A DNA stretch of 64,000 nucleotides from a virus (taxonomy: Duplodnaviria > Caudoviricetes): IMG/VR virus record IMGVR_UViG_3300028048_000085, positions 32,001 through 96,000 of that record; one strand, 5' to 3'. The notes under the pieces were generated by a model that was not told the DNA's origin, ran no database searches, and saw only the letters and a program-made list of their open reading frames with translations. Numbering within the stretch: the first letter of the stretch is position 1; every line of letters starts with the position of its first letter. Positions 41,306 through 52,437 of the stretch are shown here, piece by piece. A program made the position numbers and the translations under genes.

Positions 41306-42068
41306 AATCAGAAAACGCTCCTTCCTCAGACTGTTGAAACTCTTGTTCATATGGTAATGCACCTAATTCACTAGGAGCCATACCACAATTCTCATTATAA
41401 TATGCAAAATTCATAATCTGGTCAGCCATCTGAATATTGATAGTTGTTTGTAGTCCCTGCTGATATTTCTTGATATAGTTTAATACTTTATTTGCTATAT
41501 CAAAGGTAATACCGTATCGATAGATATATAACAACTCCCACCATTTTCCAATGGTCATCTCTGGAGGAATATATGATGATGCACCACCGGCTGTAAATAT
41601 TTGATGTGCTGTTTTTGATAAGAATGTTACACCAACACGATTCTGTTGATGTTCTTGTATTAACAGCTCTACAAGATCAAATGTTGTCAGTTTACCAATT
41701 GTCTTTAATACATGACCAGATATTAGAATACAGATATCAAATAATCCCAATACATTATGATGTAATTCAACATCAGCGTCATCTACTGTAATATTACCAA
41801 AATATTGGCAACGATCTATACCGAGATATTCAATCAAATATGATTTATAAGCTTTGTATTCTTTGCTAGCTCTAAATCTTCTCTCAGCATTTTTCAAGAA
41901 ACGATTATATGTGTCAATATCAACTAAAGATTCTGGCGTGAGGTAGAATAACAAATCTGTCTCTGCATATGGTGATGATAATGTCGGATTATTCTCATCA
42001 TATACTATGATGTCAGGATATTGGTTATCATCTAAATTGGTACTTAGTTCGTTCATAATATCACCCAT
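41295..42068 (-). CDS. HNH-like fold protein, paralog of 63088..63891
   Basis: R.S.EY..Y..YL, VELHH...LFDI and LSKTAHQIF are matched in the 63088 ORF. Confidence 0.55.
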   Translation of the reverse strand: MGDIMNELSTNLDDNQYPDIIVYDENNPTLSSPYAETDLLFYLTPESLVDIDTYNRFLKNAERRFRASKEYKAYKSYLIEYLGIDRCQYFGNITVDDADVELHHNVLGLFDICILISGHVLKTIGKLTTFDLVELLIQEHQQNRVGVTFLSKTAHQIFTAGGASSYIPPEMTIGKWWELLYIYRYGITFDIANKVLNYIKKYQQGLQTTINIQMADQIMNFAYYNENCGMAPSELGALPYEQEFQQSEEGAFSDYGY

Positions 42069-42157
42069 TTCTAGTTATTTCATTAATAAAAAGTTAATTT
42101 CGTCAATTTCTGCACATATAGTTAATATGACTATCGTAGTTAGGAGGTGAATTGTAG

Positions 42158-45100
42158 ATGGCTTATAAGGTTAACGGTAAAGTCTACACGGACCATCCAT
42201 TGATGGATGAGATTGTGCATAATTGTAAGCTGATTATGGATGGAATCGTTGTTAAGAACCAAACGTTAGCAAATAGGTACGAGACAGAAGAGACATTAAA
42301 CAATGCAGAAATCTACAAGATTCTGCATGATAATGGATCTATCTCTTTTGATGTTTTCCCATTTACAAGAGAAGTATTAGCTGCATATGGATATACAGAA
42401 GCAGCTATTGATTCTTATATAGTAAATAAAGAAAACATCCCAAAATCCGATCGTAACGATTTAATGGAATTCGTTGCAGAATATGTACCAGAGCATTTTG
42501 AAGAGAAGAATGATTACTACAGAATGTTAACTGGTTTGCCACCATACAATACAGGAACGCAGTATTATATTTATATTGATGATACATATCTTCCTTCTGG
42601 ATTTGATCGAGAAGTAGATTTTACAGTACCATTACATGAATTAGATAAGTATGTATTGGATGTGTTGTATTCTACTGGTAAGATGAACGAGATTCGTGAA
42701 GAATACCAGGGATCAAAGTATTCGTACATTAACTTCTTGGGACCAAAGAAGTTAGATCTATATACTGTACGTACTGCTAAGCAGTGGGATATCTTATATA
42801 TTCCGTCTGTTTATTATATGGTAAAAGATCGTTTTGAAGATATCTATAAGATCAATCAGGATATCTATCTAAATACGGTGTACCAGGATGCATATGCATA
42901 TAATAGTGACTACTATGAACAGATGTGTATCATTATGCTATTAGCTCAGACATTCAATGATATGGTCGTTGATGTTCCTGAGTGGTATATTCGTCGAGAT
43001 ATCTTCGATCTTCGTTCTGTGCAATACTTCTTAGAGTCTTATGGTGTTGATTTCTATAAAGAGATACCACTGAAGTATCAGATTCGTATTGTAAAGAATA
43101 TAAATAAGCTGATCAAGTATAAGTCTTCTAATAAAAACTTCAAAGATATTCTAGAAGTATTTAGTTTGGAAGATGCAAAGATTCATAAATACTATCTGTA
43201 TAAGCATCGCCTTATGGATAAAGATGGAGTTCCGGTAGAAGGTGAGACAGATGATGAGAAGTATGAATTAAAGTTCATTATCTCCGAATATGATAAATCA
43301 TTTGATCAGTTTATCAATAACCAAATCAATATTAAACCTTATGATGACATCACGTATGAGGATAAATATTGGGATGGTGAAGATACACATTCCTATATCA
43401 AATCACAAATCATAAATCAAGACTTCACAATTCAAGGTACCAAGTTTATGGACATTGAATATGAAGTAGATATGAGCAAGTATAACTATCAGATGAGTTA
43501 CTTACTTGGTCTTATATTGGATTCAAAAGCTGATATGGATGATATCAGAATCTCTGTACCGTCTTTGAATGCATATGTACCATTTAAAGTAAGTGATTTA
43601 TTCTTATTGCTCTGCATCTTGTCTCAGGAATACTATGCTCCAGATACATCTGGTAGCTCCATGAATGTTCGTATACCAGAATTCAAGGAATTATCACCAG
43701 AAAAGACACCATATTTTATGGATCTTAATGGTGGTGAGAGTGGTACCGAAGATGATGATTATGATATAGAAGTCAATGGTAATATTACTACAAGAGATAA
43801 TGGTACCGTTTGGCAGATTAATGCTGATGGTGGTGATGCTTATCTTGCAGATGATGCTAGAGTTGGTGAGTTATTCTATGACTGGAAGAAAGAATATTTA
43901 CCAGAGATATATGTGGATAAGAAACGAGTTGTATTAGGTTTCAATCCAGATGTCAATATCGATGAATTGAAAAATGTTCTTCGTAGAAGACATTCTAAAT
44001 TTAGATTTGGTAGCAATACACCAAAGTATGGTCCAATGGATAGTATTGTTGGTGAAGATTATCAAAAGCTGGCAGATGATTGGATTAAACGGTTAAAGCT
44101 CGATGACTATATCAGAGTAGATAGGAAGTTTGAATCTACAACAGATATCATTGAGACTTATAGAAATAATACAAAGATCTATGAGAATCTAAAAGCTCTT
44201 GTAGATAACTGTGATAACGAGAGCGAGTATGCTACATTAATGTATGTATACCGTCAGTTATTCACTAAAACATTTGATGATGGTTTCTATACATTATCTG
44301 ATGGCTCAACTGCTAAGAATCTGAAAGATGTATTGAAGGATCGTAACTACATCTTGTATAACTCTTATACTACAATTATGTCTGACTCTAATAACGATAG
44401 CCGTAAAGATGCTATCCGTAATATTGAGAATGACATTGTAGATACACTGGAATACTATTTCCAAGGTGATGGATTAGAGTCACTCTTTGGATTTACATCT
44501 GTTGCATCTTTTGAATCATTATTACATTATATCTACTTGATGTTGAATTTCTTCAAATCATACAAGGTATATTTCTTGGATCCAGTGGTAACTTATAATG
44601 TCAATAATAAGAATAGTTTTGAGGATGGTAAATCCAAGTCAATTGATGTTTTTACAGAGATACGTGAGTTACAAGATGAATATGACCGAGCTCAATGCAT
44701 CGATGCGTTCTCTATCAAGATGGAAGAAGATGTAACCGATTCAGCATACTCTATCTCCCAAAGAGAAATTGTTGACATTGATCAGTATTATATTCCTGAT
44801 CTAGCATTTGATTATGACCTTGATGGTATGAATGCTGCTGATGGTGAGAAAGAAGGATATGTTGATATTGATGGTGGATTCTCAGATACAATTGGTCCAT
44901 TCTTTGATATCAATGGTGGTAATGCACATGGTGGAAAGTTTAGAGTCTTTGACTTGAATGGTGCTGGTGCAGCTGAGCCTTACCATGGTGATATTAGTAA
45001 ATATAACTTTGGTGTCGTTACAGATGATCCAACTGATAATGATCCACAATATCAAAATAATATGGATTTTGGTAATGAGGATAACGATACATCTAAAAAA

Positions 45101-45655
45101 GCAACATTCTTTATTGATGCTAATAAATTGGAAAAACCAGAAGTGCTAGATATCGATGGTGGTTTTGCTTATAATCCATATGATCAACGTAGAGATTGGT
45201 TTGGTACTCAAGGATTTAATTATGTAATCGATGGTGGTTATGCATCTGATCGTCTCTTTATTACAAAGACAGTAAGATTAGAGATTGTAAATAGAGCTCT
45301 GAAAGCTGATCTTAGATTATCAGAGAGATCAAATAATGGTATTGAGTTAAAAGATGATGGTATTTACTGTAATCTTGACAACTATATTGATCATACTTCT
45401 ATAGATAATGCAGAAGAAGAGTTCAATAGAGAGTCTGAAGCTGCAATTGAGGAGGCTAGATCCAAAGTTAATCAGGTGAAGGAAACAACATTTGACCAAG
45501 AAGTAATCGTTCAGCTCACGGATAATATCTTAAATCCGATGCTTCAATCGATTAATGATAACTATGCTGCTGTTACTAACTCCACTATGAAGAGAAATGT
45601 TCGAGCATATATGGATCAAGCAGCTACCAATCTTAGAGCAAAGTATATAAAGTAA
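42158..45655 (+). CDS. Large virion structural protein (probable baseplate)
   Basis: 1165 aa. EEKNDYYRMLTGLP, LIKYKSS and FFKSY blocks, repeated D(L/I)(N/D)GG motifs, late-type promoter upstream. Confidence 0.6.
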   Translation: MAYKVNGKVYTDHPLMDEIVHNCKLIMDGIVVKNQTLANRYETEETLNNAEIYKILHDNGSISFDVFPFTREVLAAYGYTEAAIDSYIVNKENIPKSDRNDLMEFVAEYVPEHFEEKNDYYRMLTGLPPYNTGTQYYIYIDDTYLPSGFDREVDFTVPLHELDKYVLDVLYSTGKMNEIREEYQGSKYSYINFLGPKKLDLYTVRTAKQWDILYIPSVYYMVKDRFEDIYKINQDIYLNTVYQDAYAYNSDYYEQMCIIMLLAQTFNDMVVDVPEWYIRRDIFDLRSVQYFLESYGVDFYKEIPLKYQIRIVKNINKLIKYKSSNKNFKDILEVFSLEDAKIHKYYLYKHRLMDKDGVPVEGETDDEKYELKFIISEYDKSFDQFINNQINIKPYDDITYEDKYWDGEDTHSYIKSQIINQDFTIQGTKFMDIEYEVDMSKYNYQMSYLLGLILDSKADMDDIRISVPSLNAYVPFKVSDLFLLLCILSQEYYAPDTSGSSMNVRIPEFKELSPEKTPYFMDLNGGESGTEDDDYDIEVNGNITTRDNGTVWQINADGGDAYLADDARVGELFYDWKKEYLPEIYVDKKRVVLGFNPDVNIDELKNVLRRRHSKFRFGSNTPKYGPMDSIVGEDYQKLADDWIKRLKLDDYIRVDRKFESTTDIIETYRNNTKIYENLKALVDNCDNESEYATLMYVYRQLFTKTFDDGFYTLSDGSTAKNLKDVLKDRNYILYNSYTTIMSDSNNDSRKDAIRNIENDIVDTLEYYFQGDGLESLFGFTSVASFESLLHYIYLMLNFFKSYKVYFLDPVVTYNVNNKNSFEDGKSKSIDVFTEIRELQDEYDRAQCIDAFSIKMEEDVTDSAYSISQREIVDIDQYYIPDLAFDYDLDGMNAADGEKEGYVDIDGGFSDTIGPFFDINGGNAHGGKFRVFDLNGAGAAEPYHGDISKYNFGVVTDDPTDNDPQYQNNMDFGNEDNDTSKKATFFIDANKLEKPEVLDIDGGFAYNPYDQRRDWFGTQGFNYVIDGGYASDRLFITKTVRLEIVNRALKADLRLSERSNNGIELKDDGIYCNLDNYIDHTSIDNAEEEFNRESEAAIEEARSKVNQVKETTFDQEVIVQLTDNILNPMLQSINDNYAAVTNSTMKRNVRAYMDQAATNLRAKYIK

Positions 45656-45665
45656 GGAGGATATA

Positions 45666-46547
45666 ATGCTAAATACTGTTTATTTAAACGATAAGGCATT
45701 AAGCTATGACAAATTGTCTAGTGATATGAAGAATGCTATTAATGAGAAGATGTTTAGTGGTGTTAAGGGTACCAAAATTGAAATCATTAATGCAAATACT
45801 GGTGAGGTTGAGAATGTTTTGCATAACAAAACAGTTCTTACTGGATCAACTCTCAATGCTTGTAATGCTTGGGGTGTTAGCCCATCATTCGTATTGCCTA
45901 ATTATAATACAGATATGAATCTAGATCATACAGAAGATTATAATACGGTAGAGCCTAAGAATCTACCAATCATATGTCTATTCTGTGTATCTGATGCTGG
46001 TTGTGGTACAACAACAAAGGATGTATATGTTGCATCTTACGTTGATCGTATTAAACCAGTTACAGATACAACAACAGAATTAAAGCCTGAGCATATCATG
46101 CCATTCCGTTATGTAGATTATGATAAGGATCTTTCAGAGGATCTTCGTAGATACTACTTTGGACGTAAAGAGTGGGTAGATAAGGGTAAGATTGGTTATT
46201 ACTTTAAGAAGTTTGATACAGAGCCTCAATTGCATCTTCGATATGCTGATGGTACAATGATTACAGATGAGATGTATCAGTACGAAACAGATCAGATCGC
46301 AGAGTGTTATGTACAGACTCGTCTTAGAATCAACCAGAAGGATTTCAGAGACTATTTTGATTCTGAATTAGGTTGGGATAAGGCTCGTATCAGTTCATTA
46401 TCATTATGCTATGCTTGGTACGATGATACAATTGATGACTATGTATGGTATCAGCAGATCACACCATATAGCTTACTGAACTTCCCATTCAAGGAGTTAT
46501 CAGATCTCGATACTGCTATCGAGTTTGTATATAGTGTATACTACTAA
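45666..46547 (+). CDS. Probable baseplate/tail structural protein
   Basis: 293 aa, coupled to the large structural gene. HNKTV..G, MPFRYV and YYFKKF blocks. Confidence 0.5.
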   Translation: MLNTVYLNDKALSYDKLSSDMKNAINEKMFSGVKGTKIEIINANTGEVENVLHNKTVLTGSTLNACNAWGVSPSFVLPNYNTDMNLDHTEDYNTVEPKNLPIICLFCVSDAGCGTTTKDVYVASYVDRIKPVTDTTTELKPEHIMPFRYVDYDKDLSEDLRRYYFGRKEWVDKGKIGYYFKKFDTEPQLHLRYADGTMITDEMYQYETDQIAECYVQTRLRINQKDFRDYFDSELGWDKARISSLSLCYAWYDDTIDDYVWYQQITPYSLLNFPFKELSDLDTAIEFVYSVYY

Positions 46548-46607
46548 ATCGTAATAGATGAGGATGGTATTGTCCCATCCTCATCTTTATTATAAGGAGG
46601 ACTTATT

Positions 46608-47927
46608 ATGGTAGCAAGAGTTGCAAAGAATTGGACATATAATCCTAAGTACGATGTCGAGGAGTTTGATATCAAAACATTAAATGTACAAAATCTCATC
46701 AACCAATTACTGGTAATTAAGCAGTCTGATATCAACTATGAATTTATCATGGAGGTTTTTGGATCTTTCAATGGTAAATCCTTGTGTCATCATTATGATA
46801 CATTCACTGTACCAGTGGGTAAGTTTAGATTTGTTGATGAGAGTAAGCCAGATCATCCAGTAATGGAGAATGTGACGCCTATTAATACAACATTAGGATT
46901 ATGGATCTTCAATGTATTCTTCTTGAGAGATTTTAACTTCTCATGGGTTATCGGAGGTTACATGAATGAGAATGTAACCACTGATGTATATAATGATATT
47001 AACCAGGAATTAGTATATGCTCTATTAGAGAACAAGATTGATTCCGTTCGTTATAAGAAATTCTTAGACTACTGTGGATTCATGATGCCATTCGAGGCTA
47101 TATTATCTCCAAACCATTCCGAAAAGATCTTGGGATGTACAAAAGAGATCAATAAGATGAAAGCTAAGTTGATCAAAGAATATAAAGAAGAATTAGATAA
47201 TGGTAATGCAGTTGTTGCAGAGATGATTGAGAAGAAATTGCTAGATTTCGCTTTAGAGTATCTCAAAGATGATCCAGCATTAGATCCATTGTTATCAGGA
47301 GCAGGTGGAGACTTAAAGAATAACTTTAAGAATCTCTATATTATGAAGGGTGCTGTTCGTGATCCAGACCCTAATGCAAAACATGAGTTCTCTATTGCTA
47401 CATCTTCTTTCCTCGATGGTATATCTGCAGATGAATATTCATTATTAGCAAACTCATTAACCGGTGGTCCATATTCTCGTGCTAAGAAAACAGAGTTAGG
47501 CGGATACTGGGAGAAGTTGTTAGATTCTGCATTAAATTCTGTTATGTTGGATGAACCAGGATCTGACTGTGGTTCTAAAGGATATATTACAATTGATCTT
47601 ACTAAGAAGAATGTATCAATGTTTATGTATTCTTATATGATCAAATCCGATGGCTCTTTAGAAGAATTAACAACAGAGAACAAAGATAAATACATCGGTA
47701 AACGAGTAAAGTTTAGATTCTCAGCATTCTGCAAATCAAAGAAAGGACTATGCAACAAATGTGGAGGAAACTTCTTCTACAGACGAGGATCTAAAGCAAT
47801 AGGATTAGCATGTGCTCAGGTACCAAGTAGTATAAAGCTTAGAAGCATGAAGAGCTTCCACGATAGCACAGTCAAGACAGTGGAGTTAAACCCAGCAGCT
47901 ATCTTCGTTAAGAATCATACTAGATAA
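46608..47927 (+). CDS. RNA polymerase beta' C-terminal subunit (probably virion RNAP)
   Basis: Bridge helix GPYSRAKKTELGGYWEK...DCGS, Zn site RFSAFCK...LCNKCGG, trigger loop AIGLACAQ...SMKSFH. Confidence 0.9.
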   Translation: MVARVAKNWTYNPKYDVEEFDIKTLNVQNLINQLLVIKQSDINYEFIMEVFGSFNGKSLCHHYDTFTVPVGKFRFVDESKPDHPVMENVTPINTTLGLWIFNVFFLRDFNFSWVIGGYMNENVTTDVYNDINQELVYALLENKIDSVRYKKFLDYCGFMMPFEAILSPNHSEKILGCTKEINKMKAKLIKEYKEELDNGNAVVAEMIEKKLLDFALEYLKDDPALDPLLSGAGGDLKNNFKNLYIMKGAVRDPDPNAKHEFSIATSSFLDGISADEYSLLANSLTGGPYSRAKKTELGGYWEKLLDSALNSVMLDEPGSDCGSKGYITIDLTKKNVSMFMYSYMIKSDGSLEELTTENKDKYIGKRVKFRFSAFCKSKKGLCNKCGGNFFYRRGSKAIGLACAQVPSSIKLRSMKSFHDSTVKTVELNPAAIFVKNHTR

Positions 47928-48016
47928 TTTAATATTTGTATTCACGATATTATTTTTTATAATACTACTAACTTTTATATAATAAAAATAATTATTATAT
48001 AAAAAGGAGTAGTATT

Positions 48017-48967
48017 ATGGCAAAAGATTCAAAGAAATATGCAGAAATGTATGAGGGTACGAGATATCAAACATCAACTGGTGAATGGTTCACTATTGAA
48101 AAGTATGTATCTAGCAGTGAGGTATATATACGATTTGATGATGCACCTTTTCAATTATTTAAGATCACTAGTTATAAAAATATTATATCTGGTACGGTAT
48201 CTTTCCCATTTAAAACAAACAAGGATAATGGAAGTATTAGACCGTATTGTTTTGGTGGTAGAGATTTAGAAAGTATGAAAAAGCAATACATCGGAAATGT
48301 GTATAGAACTCACGATAATTCTTTAGCTGAAATAATATCATATACTGATGCAAAACATGTTGCTATTAGATTCTTAAATACTGATAATATTATCACGGTT
48401 GCTGCTAGAAATTTAGAAAAAGGTGAAGTAAAAAACCCTTATGCTAAAAATACTCTCGGTGGATATACTGGTGGTTCTACAATTTATAATAGTAATGAGT
48501 ATAAATGGTTATACACAATATGGTATAATATCCTTATGAGAACAAATCCTGATGCATCAGCGAAATATAAAAAATTCCAAAATTTCTCTGTATACAATGG
48601 AACTACAATTTGTGAAGAGTGGAAAAATTATAACACATTTGCATATTGGTATATGACCAATTTAGAGAAACTCAATCCTAAATATAGGTACGATGTTGAA
48701 AAAGATTGTCTGTGCAAAGTAATGAAGGTGCCGAAAATATATTCTCCACAAACTTGTGAATTGGTTCCTCATGAGCTTAATCTAAATTTAATATGCAGGG
48801 CAGAAAAGAGTAGGTATACCACAGCAGAATCATTTGCTCAGTATAAAGTAGAGAAGGAACAGACAATTCATGAGTTAGCAGAGAAGTATTATGCTGAAGG
48901 TGCATTAACAGATAGAGGATATAATGCTCTGAAAAATTACTATGTTAATTATGAAGATCTTGTTTAA
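48017..48967 (+). CDS. Free-standing HNH-type homing endonuclease
   Basis: WYNILMR, ICEEWKNY..FA.W, EKD.L...KIYSPQTCELVP..LN, duplicated N-terminal DNA-binding module. Confidence 0.75.
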   Translation: MAKDSKKYAEMYEGTRYQTSTGEWFTIEKYVSSSEVYIRFDDAPFQLFKITSYKNIISGTVSFPFKTNKDNGSIRPYCFGGRDLESMKKQYIGNVYRTHDNSLAEIISYTDAKHVAIRFLNTDNIITVAARNLEKGEVKNPYAKNTLGGYTGGSTIYNSNEYKWLYTIWYNILMRTNPDASAKYKKFQNFSVYNGTTICEEWKNYNTFAYWYMTNLEKLNPKYRYDVEKDCLCKVMKVPKIYSPQTCELVPHELNLNLICRAEKSRYTTAESFAQYKVEKEQTIHELAEKYYAEGALTDRGYNALKNYYVNYEDLV

Positions 48968-49238
48968 TACGATACCACCTTTATTAATGACATAAGGTTA
49001 ATAGCCTTATGTCATTTTAATTTTGAATTCGATCATATACTATATATTTGACAGGAGGTGAAAAACAGTGATAACTTTTAATCGTGGACCAACATATAAT
49101 AAACTTGTTAGGAGGTGATAATACAAGTAATATGTACACAAAAGATGAGCAATAGATATTGCTAACGATTACGCGGTTACCAAGATTTAAGTGAAAAAGA
49201 TAGTGACCCTGACAATAGCAAAGTAAAGGAGTTTTATT

Positions 49239-50096
49239 TTGAAGAAACTTAATATACCAATGCTACTTATATGCTTAACTATTCTGTTAAACTTAAACGT
49301 AGTACCTGCAGTAGCAGGAGAGAATTTAACAGCTGGTGCCAATAAAATTATGTATTCAGTATCACGAAATGACTATGATTCAGATGATGCTAATAGTACA
49401 CTAGCTGGGGCAACGAGATCAATTTACAAGATTTTAAATGATTCGAAAACATCTGTCATTAATAATGATCTTGTAGAGGTTGGTGCTAGTGAAAATGAAG
49501 TAACTACTGATGGTACGATCGAAGTAAAAGAAGAGAACTTTGATCAGACTGGCTATGCCTCTACTGCTGTTGTACACAGAGCAGAAGCAACAAAAGATTC
49601 TGATAAGATTCAAACGATATATCAAAATAGTACAATTCATTATGTAAAATCAAAAGATGATTGGACCAAAGTAAAATACAATGGTAAGATTGGTTATATT
49701 ATGACAAAATATATCAGTGATAAACCAATCAAGATTGAAACAACAAATAATGATTCTACAGATCATCAATCCATTCCTAGTAATTGGAGTGGAGAGAAAT
49801 TAACACGATCGAATGGTCGAGTACCATCTCCTGGTGGTGGAACAGAGACATTTTATAATATGAATATGTCTGGTGTAATACGAATCATGAGAGGTTTAGG
49901 ATATACTGGTGAATACTGGGTACGTTCAGATGGGTGTAAAATGTTAGGTAACTATATTATGGTTGCAGCAAAGATTGATCAAACCCATAAACGAGGGCGT
50001 ATTGTACAGACTACATTAGGAATGGGAATCGTGTGTGATACTGGAGGATTTGTACGATCGAACCCATTAGGGTATGATATAGCAACTACTTGGTAA
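49239..50096 (+). CDS. Secreted SH3b-domain protein with 3D-like (DTGG) C-terminal domain, cell-wall active
   Basis: Signal peptide, DWTKVKYNGKIGYI (SH3b), VAA...RG..V.T.LG.GIVCDTGG...YDIA. Confidence 0.7.
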   Translation: MKKLNIPMLLICLTILLNLNVVPAVAGENLTAGANKIMYSVSRNDYDSDDANSTLAGATRSIYKILNDSKTSVINNDLVEVGASENEVTTDGTIEVKEENFDQTGYASTAVVHRAEATKDSDKIQTIYQNSTIHYVKSKDDWTKVKYNGKIGYIMTKYISDKPIKIETTNNDSTDHQSIPSNWSGEKLTRSNGRVPSPGGGTETFYNMNMSGVIRIMRGLGYTGEYWVRSDGCKMLGNYIMVAAKIDQTHKRGRIVQTTLGMGIVCDTGGFVRSNPLGYDIATTW

Positions 50097-50223
50097 TCAA
50101 TAAAAGTTGGAGTGATTTCTCACTCCAACTGCTTTTCTTAGAAAAGAGAAAATTATGTTTCAACCAACTTTAAATGTTAATAATGGACCGGCTAAACCTA
50201 GTTAAAATGTTTTTTTTTGAAAG

Positions 50224-51225
50224 GTGATAATAATGAGAGAGAATTATAACGAATATGATATTACAAAGTTCAATGTAGATTCTATTGATGATACTGAAGA
50301 GGCAAAGAACTTCTTCGAGCGACAAATCGATATGGAGCGGGGATGGGACAACTTATTTGTCAAGACGGGTGATAAGGAACCTGATATATTTGATCCAAAT
50401 AATCAGATTTCGATGAATCTACAGGATCACTCTTTATCATTTCGACTAAGTTCAACAGATCCAATGGATGTTGGTAGACGACTGTATCGTAAAAAGTCTA
50501 TTGATCTTGTACCGGGTCTAAATGTATTAGTTGGACCAAATGGTGTTGGAAAGACTACGATGCTAAGATGTATTCGTGATATATTAGAGAAAAACAATCT
50601 TGAGATATTCGAATATGATAATCTGAAGAAGGGTGGTCGTAATGCTGTATCTTCAGCAGCATTCTTTGGAGATCTTACCTCTATGGTAAAGTTGATGACT
50701 TACTCTGAAGGTGAGTCTATCTTCTTTAATATAACATCATTAACAGAATCAATGGGTTCTTTTGTACGGGCTCAGCAATCTAAAGGTGAACCAGCAATCA
50801 TATTATTTGATGCTATCGATTCTGGATTATCAATTGACTTTATGCTTGATATAAAGAATCTATTTGATTTGATGCATCGTATGGATAAATATGATAGTTT
50901 ATACATCATCTGCACAACAAATTCCTATGAGTTAGCAGAGAATTCTTATTGCTGGGATGTACGTTCTTCTAAACCTGTTAAGTTTGACAAGTACGAACAG
51001 TTTAGAGAGTTTATTCTAGACATTCGTAAGAAGATAGAAGCAGCTGAGAAGAAAGCTAGAGAACTAGAGAAAAGGAAGAAGATGAATAAAGTCAAACATG
51101 ATAAAAGTCATCAGATATCTTGGTGTGCTGATTGGTGTCCTAGTTCTAGAGAGTATAGACGTCATGGATGGTTGGGTAATCAATCTTATCGTAGACCTCG
51201 AAGTAATGATAAGAAGTTTTTCTAG
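50224..51225 (+). CDS. ABC/AAA-type ATPase
   Basis: Walker A GPNGVGKT, signature-like SEGE, Walker B ILFDAIDSGLS. Confidence 0.8.
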   Translation: MIIMRENYNEYDITKFNVDSIDDTEEAKNFFERQIDMERGWDNLFVKTGDKEPDIFDPNNQISMNLQDHSLSFRLSSTDPMDVGRRLYRKKSIDLVPGLNVLVGPNGVGKTTMLRCIRDILEKNNLEIFEYDNLKKGGRNAVSSAAFFGDLTSMVKLMTYSEGESIFFNITSLTESMGSFVRAQQSKGEPAIILFDAIDSGLSIDFMLDIKNLFDLMHRMDKYDSLYIICTTNSYELAENSYCWDVRSSKPVKFDKYEQFREFILDIRKKIEAAEKKARELEKRKKMNKVKHDKSHQISWCADWCPSSREYRRHGWLGNQSYRRPRSNDKKFF

Positions 51226-51546
51226 AATATGTCATGGACGGAGAACAAAGAGGTAATAGATATATTCTACCGTACCATAACTAGATCTAGATTAGGAGTG
51301 ATAGTAAGTCCGGGGTCATTAAAACAGAGAAACAAAAAGAAGAAGCTAGAAGAAAAGTAAGAGAAAAAGTTGTTCCTATGACAACGATCTTTATCTTTGG
51401 ACCAGATGGTACAGTAAAATATAGCTATAATGCTAGAGTAGAGGTATTTGCTAAAGATAACATGATTTACTTTGATTATCATGGTAAGCGTCATGTATTC
51501 TACAACTGTGCTGTTGAGGTTATTATTGATAATAGGGAGCTCGATT

Positions 51547-51831
51547 ATGAAGACTAATGAAGAAATCTTGGCAGAAGCGATGTCGATCAATTGCTATAGA
51601 GATGATCATATTATCTATTCAGTGATTGTTCCAAAGTTCTCCAATATCAGTCAAAATGGTCAGGTATATGCTGTAACAGATGGAATCATTGTAAAGGGTA
51701 AAACAACAGCTATATCATTGCCACCAAATTCTATGATCATCAATACAGATCTATTTGATATTGTAGAGATTACTAAGCCAGATGAAACGGGATTGCAAAT
51801 TTTAGGTCAATACTTAAATGCGGAGAAATAA
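51547..51831 (+). CDS. Hypothetical protein
   Basis: ORF with RBS before MKTNEE. Confidence 0.45.
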   Translation: MKTNEEILAEAMSINCYRDDHIIYSVIVPKFSNISQNGQVYAVTDGIIVKGKTTAISLPPNSMIINTDLFDIVEITKPDETGLQILGQYLNAEK

Positions 51832-51843
51832 AGGAGGACGCTC

Positions 51844-52113
51844 ATGTTTAAAAGTATAAAAAGTATGTTGAAATTCAAATTCAGTAAAGGGATAAGATTA
51901 AGACGTAAGACTTGCCCTATATGTAGGAAGAAGCATATTATTATAGGTACCAATATATCAGAATATGTTATGGTTAGCAGCACACTTAAAACCATTCGCT
52001 ATGTTGATCTATGTAGACATTGTACTCGAGTATTTCTTAATATAGAAAGAGATTTAGGAATGGATTTAGATGGAGATACTGCTAATGTGGTATTCGGATT
52101 GCATACCGATTAA
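51844..52113 (+). CDS. Small Zn-finger-like protein
   Basis: CPIC...CRHC. Confidence 0.55.
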   Translation: MFKSIKSMLKFKFSKGIRLRRKTCPICRKKHIIIGTNISEYVMVSSTLKTIRYVDLCRHCTRVFLNIERDLGMDLDGDTANVVFGLHTD

Positions 52114-52437
52114 CAAAGAGTGGCTCATCCTAATGAGCTACTTTATTTAGGAGGGATATCATTATGGAAGTTGCAGTAATATTTTTATTAGTTGGAGCAA
52201 TAGTATTATTAATGTCGGGTAGTATTGCTTTTGGAGATCCTGAAAATAAGAACTACAAAAAGGATCATGTGCAGCATAAACGTGCTGACATGTAAGTGCA
52301 AGCTAATACTTTTGAGTGATGACATAGGATGGATGATCAATTATAAAGAGTGGTAGAAAATACCACTCTTTATTTTTTGTCTTTAAATGCACATCTCTAT
52401 AATTATGGTATAAATAATCCTTTGGAGGGTGATTAAC

